Virus record (IMG/VR): IMGVR_UViG_3300025858_001097 | Source: a virus | Lineage: Duplodnaviria > Heunggongvirae > Uroviricota > Caudoviricetes | Strand: one strand, 5' to 3' | Length of the DNA stretch: 64,000 nucleotides | In this document: positions 63,661-64,000 of the stretch, piece by piece | Numbering within the stretch: position 1 is the stretch's first letter | Layout of the letters: the number at the start of each line of letters is the position of its first letter | The notes under the pieces: model-generated | Database searches by the model: none | The model's input: only the letters and a program-made list of their open reading frames with translations | What the model was told of the DNA's origin: nothing | Position numbers and translations under genes: made by a program

Positions 63661-63881
63661 TTATTCTTCTCCCCAATCCTCCTCACCATAAGGATCATCT
63701 GCGGAAATAACTATTTTTGGAGGTTTTTCTTTTTTTAAATGTTCCATAGAACACCAATATGATTTATATTCAGGATCTATCCCATCACCGCCATGCAAAC
63801 CACCTGACCACCTGTTATCAAATAAGATACTCTATCGCCTACTTTAAAGGCTTCATTGATGAAATCTGAATAACTTTTCAT
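63661..63881 (-). pseudogene. disrupted (frameshifted) small gene ending in a DPYGEEDW motif
   Basis: ATG at 63879-63881 gives MKSYSDFINEAFKVGDRVSYLITGGQVVCMAVMG then TAG. A different frame continues ...GIDPEYKSYWCSMEHLKKEKPPKIVISADDPYGEEDWGEE* to a stop at 63661. Confidence 0.35.
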
Positions 63882-64000
63882 TGTGAATAAATTTTGTCAT
63901 AAAATCTTGTTATAATATCAATCAATTTTTTAATTTTTCCTTCTTTTCTTAATTTCTTAAAAACAAGATTTTCTATTGAAAATTCTCCTTCCTCGGTAAG
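63878..64000 (-). CDS. 3' end of a gene extending beyond the window (C-terminal ...RFYDKIYSQ*)
   Basis: Open frame from the window end; its TGA overlaps the next ATG (ATGA). Confidence 0.3.
   Translation of the reverse strand, partial: LTEEGEFSIENLVFKKLRKEGKIKKLIDIITRFYDKIYSQ

Noticed and set aside
63661-63881. TAG stop-codon reassignment (as in some large low-GC phages) to explain the in-frame TAG
   Set aside because: Reading through the TAG does not restore the conserved downstream peptide, which is in a different frame. All checked genes end with TAA, consistent with standard code 11 and AT bias.

Overview
This 64-kb window is extremely AT-rich (by eye about 25-30% GC) and gene-dense, with most genes on the minus strand, short intergenic spacers and no obvious Shine-Dalgarno sequences. 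A promoter-like box (gene-strand 5'-TTAATATATA(G/A)A-3') recurs roughly 5-30 nt upstream of many start codons. GC-cored hairpins flanked by A and T tracts lie between co-directional genes. The gene content suggests part of a large dsDNA virus genome. I favour a large (jumbo) bacteriophage of a Gram-negative, possibly Bacteroidota-like, host; an AT-rich giant virus or a symbiont chromosome carrying a prophage cannot be excluded from sequence alone.

Main content, in order:
(1) 1-5.5 kb: partial Dam-like N6-adenine methyltransferase, M42 aminopeptidase, thioredoxin, AMMECR1 protein and small zinc-ribbon or membrane ORFs.
(2) 4.9-30.8 kb: a 26-kb co-directional locus. It is dominated by three very large collagen-like (Gly-X-Y, Thr/Ser-rich, proline-free) fibre proteins that share a conserved N-terminal domain. 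One has about 750 consecutive Gly-X-Y triplets. Interleaved genes are a GT25 glycosyltransferase, a UDP-glucuronate decarboxylase (UDP-xylose synthase), a radical-SAM enzyme, a GT-A-like transferase, an RCC1 beta-propeller, a glycine-rich protein and a Thr-rich fibre-like protein. This is a candidate glycosylated collagen-fibre biogenesis system.
(3) 30.8-37.5 kb: an NAD-precursor import and salvage island. It holds a PncA-like isochorismatase with the catalytic Cys apparently replaced, a lipoprotein, a NadR-like NMN adenylyltransferase/ribosylnicotinamide kinase, the PnuC transporter, a PEBP/YbhB protein and a TonB-dependent outer-membrane receptor.
(4) 38.5-47.2 kb and 55.0-57.1 kb: an uncharacterised six-member paralogous family in two tandem arrays, interleaved with two paralogous M20-like (peptidase T-like) metallopeptidases.
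(5) An HNH endonuclease, a minimal polynucleotide ligase-like gene, a GC-enriched highly biased small gene, PPK2 plus PRPP-synthetase, a metallophosphoesterase and an SPFH protein.
(6) Several homing-endonuclease-like genes (NUMOD3/PD-(D/E)XK, truncated LAGLIDADG, two KYG-repeat endonucleases), the last two each preceded by a 47-aa ribbon-helix-helix ORF.

Many ORF-track entries inside the collagen genes are alternative-frame artefacts of the 9-bp repeat and are rejected. Manual coordinates for intergenic features may be off by about 1 nt.
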